Program-made: the position numbers and the translations under genes
From: an uncultured Oscillibacter sp.
GTDB taxonomy: Bacteria; Bacillota; Clostridia; Oscillospirales; Oscillospiraceae
NCBI GenBank assembly: GCA_950097265.1
Contig: CATNDJ010000009.1
Coordinates: 758 to 64,757, forward strand
Direction: 5' to 3'
DNA: 64,000 nt
The notes under the pieces: generated by a model
Database searches by the model: none
Told to the model about the DNA's origin: nothing
The model's input: only the letters and a program-made list of their open reading frames with translations
Part shown: positions 54,795 to 62,905 of the stretch, one piece after another
How positions within the stretch are numbered: the first letter of the stretch is position 1
Layout of the letters: each line of letters begins with the position of its first letter

Positions 54795-56151
54795 GACCAT
54801 CGCCGCCTGGCTGGAGGCGGTACAGGAGCAGATTCGCTGGAAGCGGGCCCGGCCTGTTCTGATTCAGGAGCTGGCGCGGCACCTGGAGGATCAGCGGGAT
54901 GACTTGCTTAAAGAGGGCAAGGACCCGGAGGAGGCGGAGCGGCTGGCGGTGGAGGACATGGGGGACCCGGTAGAGGTTGGGACCGAGCTGGACCGGGTGC
55001 ACCGCCCCCGGCCCCAGTGGGGGCTGTTGGGACTGACCTTCGTCCTGGCGGCCATAGGGGCTTTCCTGCGGGTGGAGTTCCTCCAAGCAAGCCCCTACCC
55101 CAGCAGGGAGCAGGTGTTGGTGAAAACCCTGGCCTCCCTAGCCACCCTGGGGCTGGGCACGGCGCTGATGATGGGCGCGTATTTTCTCGACGTTTCCCGG
55201 CTGGTCCGGCACGCTCGGACCGTGTACATTGGAACGCTGGCAATGACGGTTCTGCTCCTCCTGTATCCCACCTATTACAACGCCCTCATGACAACGCTTT
55301 ATCCCCTTGTCTATGCCCTCTGGCTCTACAGCTTCCGGAACAGGGGCTGGAAAGGATTTTTACTTACCATTTTAGGCGGTATTCCTCTGGCGGTGAGCTG
55401 CGCCGTCATCCCCGCTATGTCAGGTCTTTCAGTGCTGCTGTTCTCCGGCCTGGCGCTGACGCTCTACGCGGCGGGGCGGGACTGGTTCGGTGTCGGCAAA
55501 TTGAAGGGCGCCGGCGCAACTCTGGCCGTTGTTTTCGGTTTCCTGGCCTATCTCCTCTTCATGGGCTATCTCAATTCCTTCCTGCTTCGAGTGGTGATCG
55601 CCCTCCGCCCGGAGCTGGAACGGGAACACCGGGGCTATATGGGCTGGATGCTTCAAACGTTCTGGGCGGACGTTCCCCCTCTGCGGCGCGTCAGCGGCGA
55701 GGCCGCCCTGTCGGTCAACGCGGGAGCGCGGGTCTTCGGCGCGGGCCAGGAGATGCGGCCCATCGACTTCTCCCATGACTTCCTCCCCGCCTCCATGGCG
55801 GTGGCCTGGGGCTGGGTCCCCCTGCTGGCCCTGCTGGCGGCGCTGGGGGTTCTGCTCCTCTGGCTGCTGGTGAAGGGCCTGCGGCAAAGCTATCTGCCGG
55901 GGCGCTTCGTGGTCCTGGCGGTGGTCCTGACTTTGGGACTTCAGACGCTGTTCAGCGCGGCGCTGAATTTCGGCTTTGTGCTCTTCTCCGCCAGCCTGCC
56001 CCTGGTGGTGGGGAACTTCCAGACGGTCGTCGACATGGCCCTCATCGGCCTAGCTCTGTCGGTGTTCCGTGGGGACTCCATCGCCCGGGAGGAGCCCGCC
56101 GGGCCCCTCCGCCCCCGCAAGCGGCTGCGGGTAAAGTTCGAGTACCAATGA
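54781..56151 (+). CDS. HAAS / permease-prefix domain fused to a degenerate FtsW/RodA/SpoVE (SEDS) domain
   Basis: ELARHLED...G..PEEAERLAVEDMGDP.EVG.EL (HAAS); GY..W...., SHDFL, LGLQTLFS..NFG, LPL remnants of SEDS motifs. Confidence 0.8.
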   Translation: MPERKTIAAWLEAVQEQIRWKRARPVLIQELARHLEDQRDDLLKEGKDPEEAERLAVEDMGDPVEVGTELDRVHRPRPQWGLLGLTFVLAAIGAFLRVEFLQASPYPSREQVLVKTLASLATLGLGTALMMGAYFLDVSRLVRHARTVYIGTLAMTVLLLLYPTYYNALMTTLYPLVYALWLYSFRNRGWKGFLLTILGGIPLAVSCAVIPAMSGLSVLLFSGLALTLYAAGRDWFGVGKLKGAGATLAVVFGFLAYLLFMGYLNSFLLRVVIALRPELEREHRGYMGWMLQTFWADVPPLRRVSGEAALSVNAGARVFGAGQEMRPIDFSHDFLPASMAVAWGWVPLLALLAALGVLLLWLLVKGLRQSYLPGRFVVLAVVLTLGLQTLFSAALNFGFVLFSASLPLVVGNFQTVVDMALIGLALSVFRGDSIAREEPAGPLRPRKRLRVKFEYQ

Positions 56152-56189
56152 AAACAGCCTCCCCGTCACGCGGCGGGGAGGCGTTCTTT
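56152..56189. terminator. Convergent terminator
   Basis: aacagcctccccg...cggggaggcgtt. Confidence 0.7.
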
Positions 56190-56820
56190 ATACCTTTTTA
56201 ATTGGATGGCGAATCACGGTTTTCCACTTCTCCGACGGGACCTTTCTGGCGTCGGAGAGATAGATTTCATGGTGCTGCCGGGCCTCGCTCAGGTCGTTGG
56301 TGCAGCCTTGCTCCTGTAAAAACGCGTCCATCTTCGCCACCGACTCCGGCTCGGAGTCAAAGGAGCCCAGGTGCATGATCTGAACGCAGAGGCCCTCGTC
56401 CACCGTCAAAAACTCCGCGGCGGAGCAGTCCAGCTTCTTTTTCCGGGAGGCGGTCTCCACCGCCCAGGCGAAGTCCTCCCGGGTCACGAAGTCCGGAAGG
56501 CGGATGACGGAGGTCCAGAGAAAAGAAGATTTATCGCCGTAGTCGAAGCTCTCCTTCCCCTCCTGCCGCCAGAAGCCCTCCAGCGGCGGGACCACGTACT
56601 CGAAAAATCCCTCGATGTGGTAATCGCCCTTATAGCTCATTTTCAGCGTGTAGGCCACGGCATACAGCACGGCCATGGCCTGCTGGTAGGCCCCTCCCTC
56701 CTGGTTGGGGTCCCCTTTTCCCCTTACGGCGATATAGTTCATTTGGGGAACGGTCACGATCTCCGGACTGCCCTTGGGCAGATAGAACTCCTTGAACTCT
56801 TTTTTGAAATCAAAGGCCAT
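56188..56820 (-). CDS. GyrI-like small-molecule-binding domain protein
   Basis: MAFDFKKEFKEFYLPK, GKGDPN, VVPPLEGFW, CVQIMHLGSFD.EP, HHEIYLSD. Confidence 0.88.
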   Translation of the reverse strand: MAFDFKKEFKEFYLPKGSPEIVTVPQMNYIAVRGKGDPNQEGGAYQQAMAVLYAVAYTLKMSYKGDYHIEGFFEYVVPPLEGFWRQEGKESFDYGDKSSFLWTSVIRLPDFVTREDFAWAVETASRKKKLDCSAAEFLTVDEGLCVQIMHLGSFDSEPESVAKMDAFLQEQGCTNDLSEARQHHEIYLSDARKVPSEKWKTVIRHPIKKV

Positions 56821-56904
56821 CTCCATCATCCTTTCTGAAACCAGTTTATCAGGTTCTGCGGAAAACGCAAGCATATGTTAATTCTGGAAATCCCCTCCAA
56901 AATA

Positions 56905-56988
56905 TTGACCGAGGTGGGGATTTCCTGTATAATAGGCAAATACCGGCGCGGATCTCTGCCGCGGCCCTTTTGGGCGGCGGACTTTTTT
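56905..56988 (+). promoter_or_regulatory. sigmaA promoter followed by a leader terminator/antiterminator
   Basis: TTGACC-17-TATAAT (56905-33); hairpin ccgc-g-gccc-tttt-gggc-g-gcgg then T6 (56959-88), upstream of the start codon. Confidence 0.6.
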
Positions 56989-57027
56989 ACATACCATTTC
57001 GACAAAAAGCGACGAAAGGAACCTGCT

Positions 57028-58788
57028 ATGCGTCAAATTCGACTGCGCATCCTCTCCGGCCTCCTGGCCGGGGCCCTGCTCCTCACCCCCGTCATGGCCT
57101 TCACCGACACCAACGGCCACTGGGCCGAAGCCGCCGTCAACAAGTGGAGCCAGGAATACGGCGTGCTCCAGGGCTATGACGACGGGTCCTTTAAGCCCGA
57201 CGCCTCCATCACCCGGGGCGCCTTCGCCGGGATTCTCGACCGCTTCCTACAGTTCCAAACCGCCGCCCCCGCCGGAACCTTCTCCGACACCAAGGGGAAC
57301 CGCTGGGAGGACTCCATTTTGAAGCTCAACGCCGCCGGGGTATACCTGGGCAGCGAGGGCAAAGCCCTGCCGGGGGACAGCATCACCCGCCAGCAGGCCA
57401 TGACCATGGTATCCCGGGCCTTCCGGCTGGGCGGAACCGACGGCGCCCTGACCTACCACGACGAGGCCCAAATCGCGGGCTACGCCCGGCCCTACATCGC
57501 GGAGCTCGCCGGCCGGGGCTGGATTACCGACGCGGTGGATAACAGCTTCCGCCCCACGGAGCCCCTGACCCGGGCGGAGCTGGTAAACTTGCTGAACAAC
57601 ATGATTCAGGTCCTGATTCAAAGCAGCGGGAGCTACTCCAGCAATGTGGAGGGCAGCCTGCTGATCAACGCCGCCGCCGGAGCGAGCCTGTCCGGCATGA
57701 CCATATCCGGGGACCTGCTCATCGCTCCCGGCGTCACCGGGGCCGTCACCCTGGACAATGTGACGGTCACCGGGGAAATCCGCAATTTCAGCTCCATCAC
57801 GCCGCAAATTACCAATACTCCCACAGAGGCCCCCGCCGGCCCGGTAACGCCGGTACTCCCTCCCACACCGGAGGAGCCCGGCACCCCCGGTTCCGGGGAT
57901 GATTTCGACTGGGGCATCGTGGTCGTGCCCTCCCCCGCGGACCCCAACGCGCCGGCCACGCCGGAGCAGCCCGCCGGACCCGGCATCCAGCCCAGCGAAG
58001 TTTACACCCCCGGCGTCACCACCGGGGAGACCATTGACTACAACGACCGGAAAATCCCCGTCTACGCGGGCACGGAGCGGAACCGGCTCCAGCATGGGGA
58101 CTTTATCTGGGCCGCGGACCACCCGGACCGGCTGGTTTACATCGGCAATCAATTCCGCACCCGCTTCGGCATTGACGTCTCCGCCTACCAGAACCGGGCC
58201 AGTGAAAACGAGACCATCGACTGGCAGGCGGTCCGGAACGACGGCGTGGACTTCGCCTTCGTCCGCATCGGCCTCCGGGGGTACTCTTCCGGAAAGCTGG
58301 CGGAGGACGCTTTCTACCGCCAGAACATCGAGGGAGCGATGAATGCCGGAATTGAGACCGGCGTGTACTTCTTCGCCCAGGCCATTACCGTGGAAGAGGC
58401 CATTGAGGAGGCGGATTTCGTCATCGAGCGCCTCCGGGGCCTGAACATCGACGGTCCCGTAGCCTACGACTGGGAAATGCACGACTCCAGCTACCGGGTT
58501 TACGGCACCACTCCGGAAATGGCCACCGCCTGCGCCGTCGCTTTCTGCAAGCGCATCCAGGAGGCGGGCTACACGCCTATGATCTACGCCGGGTCCTACG
58601 TCAGCTATGTCAAATACGACCAGGGGGCCATCGCGCCCTACCTTTGCTGGTATCCTGAGTACAAGAGCAACGAGTCGGAAAAGCTGTGCCCAACCCTCTA
58701 TTACCAGCCGGATTACTGGCAGTTCTCCAGTAAATGCTCCGTCGCCGGTATCGGCGGTAATGTGGATGTAAATATCCAGTTCATCTGA
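57028..58788 (+). CDS. SLH-anchored GH25 lysozyme/muramidase
   Basis: Signal peptide; three SLH repeats (ITRGAF, ITRQQA, LTRAEL); Pro-rich linker; GIDVSAYQ, IDWQAV, FAFVRIG.RGY, VAYDWE, WQFSS. Confidence 0.9.
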   Translation: MRQIRLRILSGLLAGALLLTPVMAFTDTNGHWAEAAVNKWSQEYGVLQGYDDGSFKPDASITRGAFAGILDRFLQFQTAAPAGTFSDTKGNRWEDSILKLNAAGVYLGSEGKALPGDSITRQQAMTMVSRAFRLGGTDGALTYHDEAQIAGYARPYIAELAGRGWITDAVDNSFRPTEPLTRAELVNLLNNMIQVLIQSSGSYSSNVEGSLLINAAAGASLSGMTISGDLLIAPGVTGAVTLDNVTVTGEIRNFSSITPQITNTPTEAPAGPVTPVLPPTPEEPGTPGSGDDFDWGIVVVPSPADPNAPATPEQPAGPGIQPSEVYTPGVTTGETIDYNDRKIPVYAGTERNRLQHGDFIWAADHPDRLVYIGNQFRTRFGIDVSAYQNRASENETIDWQAVRNDGVDFAFVRIGLRGYSSGKLAEDAFYRQNIEGAMNAGIETGVYFFAQAITVEEAIEEADFVIERLRGLNIDGPVAYDWEMHDSSYRVYGTTPEMATACAVAFCKRIQEAGYTPMIYAGSYVSYVKYDQGAIAPYLCWYPEYKSNESEKLCPTLYYQPDYWQFSSKCSVAGIGGNVDVNIQFI

Positions 58789-58793
58789 TAAAG

Positions 58794-58832
58794 AAGCGTC
58801 CCCCGGCGGTTCTTCGCCGGGGGACGGCTTTT
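58794..58832. terminator. Convergent terminator
   Basis: gtcccccggcg / cgccgggggac stem. Confidence 0.8.
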
Positions 58833-59649
58833 ACTTCCGCTTCACGGGATAGCAGACCTCGGTAACGAACTCGTCGGGATTCCGGGTCTCGTGGGGGCTG
58901 ACGTGGTAGATGAAGAAGGAAGCCCCGTCAAAGGCCCAGCCGTTGTCCTCCACCCAGGCGGCCACGGCCTCGTTCACCGCGGGAATCTGGTCGTAGCTTC
59001 CCAGACAGGTGGCGGAGGCCACCTGTACCGCCGGGACGGTCTTGAACTTCACGTGTTCCGTGTCGGGGTAGGTTCCCGCCACGCTTTTCTGGATTTCTAC
59101 GTCCACGTCCCGCTCCTTGAACTCGCCGTCGTGGTAAACCGCGGCGCACAGAGCCGGGTCCCCATCCTGGATGTTCATCCGGGCGGTCTCCTGGCAGTAG
59201 ATGCTCCACAGGGCGCCCTCGTGGTCATAGGAAGGGATTACCTGGCGCACGCTGGCCACCTGCCGCTCCGGCAGGGTCTTGATGGTCACGTCGTATTTCA
59301 TTTTGTCCTTGTCCTTTCTTAGGCGTTCCAGGGCCGTGTCCAGCAGCCGCAAACGCCTCTGCGCCTCCTCCATGACCTCCCGGGCCTCAGCCCGCTGCAG
59401 CAGCAGGCAGCGCTCCAGCGCCCTGGGGTCGTCGTAGCAGTCCAGCACCTCCCGGACGGCCGCCAGAGGGAAGCCCATGTCCCGGAGGGCCCGGATGCGG
59501 TTGGCGGTTGGAAGCTGGCGCTCGCTGTAGTAGCGGTAGCCGGTGAAGGGGTCGATGGACGCCGGGGCCAGAAGCCCGGCCTCGTCGTAGCGGCGCAGGG
59601 AGCGGATGCTGACTCTGGAGAGCCTGGAAAATTCGCCGATTTTCAGCAT
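58831..59649 (-). CDS. MerR-family regulator with a GyrI-like effector domain (BmrR/BltR-like)
   Basis: MLKIGEFSRL..VSIRSLRRYDEAGLL.PA.IDPFTGYRYY; C-terminal GyrI-like domain. Confidence 0.92.
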   Translation of the reverse strand: MLKIGEFSRLSRVSIRSLRRYDEAGLLAPASIDPFTGYRYYSERQLPTANRIRALRDMGFPLAAVREVLDCYDDPRALERCLLLQRAEAREVMEEAQRRLRLLDTALERLRKDKDKMKYDVTIKTLPERQVASVRQVIPSYDHEGALWSIYCQETARMNIQDGDPALCAAVYHDGEFKERDVDVEIQKSVAGTYPDTEHVKFKTVPAVQVASATCLGSYDQIPAVNEAVAAWVEDNGWAFDGASFFIYHVSPHETRNPDEFVTEVCYPVKRK

Positions 59650-59690
59650 AGCGGTACCTCCACAACGTTGTGAATCTTGAGCTCAGAAAC

Positions 59691-59721
59691 AGGATAAGCC
59701 CTCCCCCCGGGGGAGAGTCAA
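59691..59721 (-). promoter_or_regulatory. MerR-type promoter with a 19-bp spacer and dyad
   Basis: TTGACT-ctcccccggggggagggct-TATCCT; dyad CTCCCC-N3-GGGGAG inside the 19-bp spacer. Confidence 0.75.
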
Positions 59722-59755
59722 GAGGAAATTCTGAAAAATTCATATACCGTATATC

Positions 59756-59784
59756 TTGCATATTTTTTCCCGTTGTGCTATACT
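59756..59784 (+). promoter_or_regulatory. sigmaA promoter of the OLE RNA
   Basis: TTGCAT-17-TATACT, ending about 7 nt before the 5' closing-stem strand. Confidence 0.75.
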
Positions 59785-59791
59785 GTTTTCC

Positions 59792-60448
59792 GCTAAGCGG
59801 CGGCGCAGTATTCTAGTCAGATCTGCCGTTTCCTAGGGAGGGCCTAAAAATCCTCTGAAGGGCACATCGATGAAACCCGTGGTGCCTGCTTGATACGCCC
59901 AGTTTTGGGTGGGTGCTGGGGGGAAGCGCGTGGAATTTGCGCGCTTGCGGACTCAGGGCGTCTACCAATGGCATGGTCTATCCGACCCTGTTTCCGTGGA
60001 GACCTGTTCTTGTGCGCGGACGTACTCCCATCGTGGTATTTCCGGCCCGCGTACGAAACAGATTGTGAACCTGCAATGCGGTGCATCGGTCCCTCGGGGC
60101 CGTAACGCTGTGTGCAGCCGTAGCCTGCCTTGAGTGGGGCGGGTGGATCAGGGAACTACAGGAAGAAGCCCCGGCCAGGGCGGCTTCCTGATCGCCCTTT
60201 GAAACCCGTTTTGCAAAAGAGGCTAAAGAAGCGGACGGACTGTGGTGGAAATCACCTAGGCTGTCCTGACGGGGCAGGAAAAGGATTGCAGTGCGGACTA
60301 AGTGGCAATCGGGTAGCACGGACGGGCGACGCCGCGCCGGAGCGCCGAACGGGAAACCGCCCCCATCGGCAACGAGGGGTGCGCTCCGGGGAAATCCAAC
60401 CCGTACCTAAGCCGTAAGATTTACTTTTTCTGCCGCCGCCGGCTTAGC
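59792..60448 (+). ncRNA. ole: OLE RNA (ornate, large, extremophilic RNA)
   Basis: About 657 nt with no credible ORF; 5' GCUAAGCGGCGGC pairs with 3' GCCGCC..GCUUAGC; blocks I recall from OLE RNAs (AGUAUUCUAGUCAG, GGGCCUAAAAAUCC, GGGCACAUCGAUGAA, UGCAGUGCGGACUAAGUGG); directly upstream of oapA-dxs-tlyA-nadK. Confidence 0.88.
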
Positions 60449-60491
60449 TCTAAAAAAACAGAGGCCGTCTCCGGCCTTTCGGGAGGTTCCT

Positions 60492-61034
60492 TTGAAGAAA
60501 CAGCAGAAGGGAAAGGCCCCTTCCCCATATCGTTGGGCCCTTACGGTCTTTTTGATGGCGGTGGTCCTCTCCGCCGTGCTGAGTCTGGCGTCGGAGTCGA
60601 TGCTGGAGGGCGCGGGCGTGACCGCCGCCCTTTTGATGTTGGCGCTGTTTATCGGCCTGGGCATCGTGTTCGACATCATAGGCGTAGCCGTCACGGCGGC
60701 GGACCCCAAGCCCTTTCACGCCATGGCCTCCCATAAAGAAAAAGGGGCCAAACAGTCCCTCATGCTGCTGCGGAACGCCGGACGTGTCTCCAGCGTCTGT
60801 AACGACGTGGTGGGGGACATCTGCGGCATTGTCAGCGGCGCCACGGGAGCGGTAATCGTCACCCAGCTCCAGCGGGCGCTGAACCTGCGGACCGTGCTGA
60901 TCTCCGTGGCCGTCACGGCCCTGGTGTCCGGCCTGACCATCGGCGGCAAGGCCCTGGGCAAGACGGTGGCTATTAAGAAAAGCACCCAGGTGGTCTACTG
61001 GGCCGGACGGTTTTTGTACTTGTTCCATCATTGA
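60492..61034 (+). CDS. oapA: OLE-associated protein A
   Basis: GIVFDIIGVAVTAA, PFHAMA, VSSVCNDVVGDICGIVSG, LTIGGKALGK; four TM segments. Confidence 0.88.
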   Translation: MKKQQKGKAPSPYRWALTVFLMAVVLSAVLSLASESMLEGAGVTAALLMLALFIGLGIVFDIIGVAVTAADPKPFHAMASHKEKGAKQSLMLLRNAGRVSSVCNDVVGDICGIVSGATGAVIVTQLQRALNLRTVLISVAVTALVSGLTIGGKALGKTVAIKKSTQVVYWAGRFLYLFHH

Positions 61035-61045
61035 GAGGAGAAGCT

Positions 61046-62905
61046 ATGCTTTTGGATTCCATCCACTCTCCCGCCGACGTCCGGGCGCTGCCGGAGGGCC
61101 AGCTCCCCCAGCTCTGCCAGGAGCTGAGGGAGTTTCTTGTAAAAAGCGTCTCTCAGACCGGGGGCCACCTGGCCTCCAACCTGGGGGCGGTGGAGCTGAC
61201 GGTGGCCATCCACCGGGTCTTCGACACGGAGCGGGACCGGCTGGTCTTTGACGTAGGCCACCAGTGCTACGTCCACAAGATTTTGACGGGCCGCCGGGAG
61301 CGGTTCGATACCCTCCGGCAACTGGACGGCCTCTCCGGCTTTCCCAAGCCCGGGGAGAGCAAAGATCACGACGCCTTCATTGCCGGGCACGCCTCCAACT
61401 CCGTCTCCGTGGCCTTAGGGATGGCACGGGCGCGCTCCCTCCAAGGGAAGGACTACAGCGTCCTGGCCCTCATCGGCGACGGGGCCCTCACCGGGGGCCT
61501 GGCCTACGAGGGGCTGAACAATGCCGGGGCCTCCGGCGAGCCCTTGATCGTAATTCTGAACGACAACGGCATGTCCATTAACCCCAACGTAGGGGCCATG
61601 CCCTCCCACCTGGCCCGGCTTCGGTCCCGCCCCGGGTACTACCATTTTAAGAAGTGGTACCGGAACCTCTTCGGGTCCCGGCCCATGAAGAATCCTCTTT
61701 ACCGTTTCAGCCACAAGGTCAAGACCTTTTTGAAGCGGAGCCTTTTCCCTGGCAGCACCCTCTTTGAAGATATGGGCTTCACCTACCTGGGCCCCGTGGA
61801 CGGCCACGACCTCCCCCGGCTCTGCGACGCGCTGCGCTGGGCCCGGGAGCTGAACGGACCCGTGGTGGTCCACGTGAACACCGTCAAGGGCAAGGGCTGT
61901 TCCTTCGCAGAGCGGAACCCGGACATGTATCACGGCGTGGGTCCCTTTGACCCGGAAACCGGCCTTTTGAAAAAAGCAGGAGGGGAGAGTTTTTCCTCCG
62001 TCTTCGGCAGGGCCCTGGCGGACTTCGCCCGGGAGGACTCCCGGGTCTGCGCCATCACCGCCGCCATGGCCGACGGCACGGGCCTTTCCGGCTTTGCCAA
62101 GTCCTTCCCGGACCGCTTTTTCGACGTGGGCATCGCCGAGGGCCACGGCGTCTCTATGGCGGCGGGCATGGCAGCCAAGGGGCTGCTGCCGGTCTTCGCC
62201 GTGTACTCGACCTTTTTGCAAAGAGGATATGACATGCTGATCCACGACGTGGCCCTGGAAAATCTCCATGTGGTCCTGGGCGTGGACCGGGCGGGCCTGG
62301 TGGGGGCCGACGGCGAAACCCACCACGGCTGCTTCGACCCACTGTTCCTGTCGTCCCTGCCGGGCTATACCGTCCTCTGCCCCGCCAGTTTCGCGGAGCT
62401 GCGGCACATGCTGCGGCGGGCTCTCTTCGAGCTGACCGGCCCCGTGGCGGTCCGCTACCCCAAGGGGGGAGAGGGCGCCTATCGGGACGACGCCTCGGAC
62501 AAACCTCTGGTCCGCCTCCGGGCGGGGCGGGACGTGACCCTGCTGACCTATGGCGTGCTGGTGAACCAGGCCCTGGAGGCGGCAGAGCTTTTAGAAAAGA
62601 AGGGCATCCAGGCGGAAGTCCTGAAGCTGAATCAAATCGCCCCCCTGGACGGGGAGGTCTTCCGGAACTTCCTGGAGAGGACGGAGGTCCTGCTGGTGCT
62701 GGAAGACTGCTTCGGCGCGGGCTGCGTAGGCCAGCGGGCGGCCGCCATTCTGGCGGGAGAGGGCCGGGTCCCGAGGAAGCTGATTTTAAAGAACCTGGGC
62801 CGGACCTTCGCCCCAGAGGGCAGCGTCCCTCAGCTGGAGGAGCGGTTCGGCCTGGACGCCGCCGCCGTGGCCGCGGCGGCGGAGGAGGTTTGCCATGAGC
62901 GATAA
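61046..62905 (+). CDS. dxs: 1-deoxy-D-xylulose-5-phosphate synthase
   Basis: GGHLASNLG, DVGHQCY.HK, GDGALTGG, LNDNGMSI, DVGIAEGH, DRAGLVG.DG.TH. Confidence 0.97.
   Translation: MLLDSIHSPADVRALPEGQLPQLCQELREFLVKSVSQTGGHLASNLGAVELTVAIHRVFDTERDRLVFDVGHQCYVHKILTGRRERFDTLRQLDGLSGFPKPGESKDHDAFIAGHASNSVSVALGMARARSLQGKDYSVLALIGDGALTGGLAYEGLNNAGASGEPLIVILNDNGMSINPNVGAMPSHLARLRSRPGYYHFKKWYRNLFGSRPMKNPLYRFSHKVKTFLKRSLFPGSTLFEDMGFTYLGPVDGHDLPRLCDALRWARELNGPVVVHVNTVKGKGCSFAERNPDMYHGVGPFDPETGLLKKAGGESFSSVFGRALADFAREDSRVCAITAAMADGTGLSGFAKSFPDRFFDVGIAEGHGVSMAAGMAAKGLLPVFAVYSTFLQRGYDMLIHDVALENLHVVLGVDRAGLVGADGETHHGCFDPLFLSSLPGYTVLCPASFAELRHMLRRALFELTGPVAVRYPKGGEGAYRDDASDKPLVRLRAGRDVTLLTYGVLVNQALEAAELLEKKGIQAEVLKLNQIAPLDGEVFRNFLERTEVLLVLEDCFGAGCVGQRAAAILAGEGRVPRKLILKNLGRTFAPEGSVPQLEERFGLDAAAVAAAAEEVCHER

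Noticed and set aside
56934-56990. c-di-GMP-I riboswitch (GGCAAA start) before GH25
   Set aside because: No GNRA tetraloop/receptor stems, and too short
59844-60417. Short ORFs in the ole region; tmRNA or RNase P identity
   Set aside because: No SD or homology for the ORFs; no tmRNA tRNA-like ends or RNase P P4 motif; OLE blocks and oapA adjacency fit better
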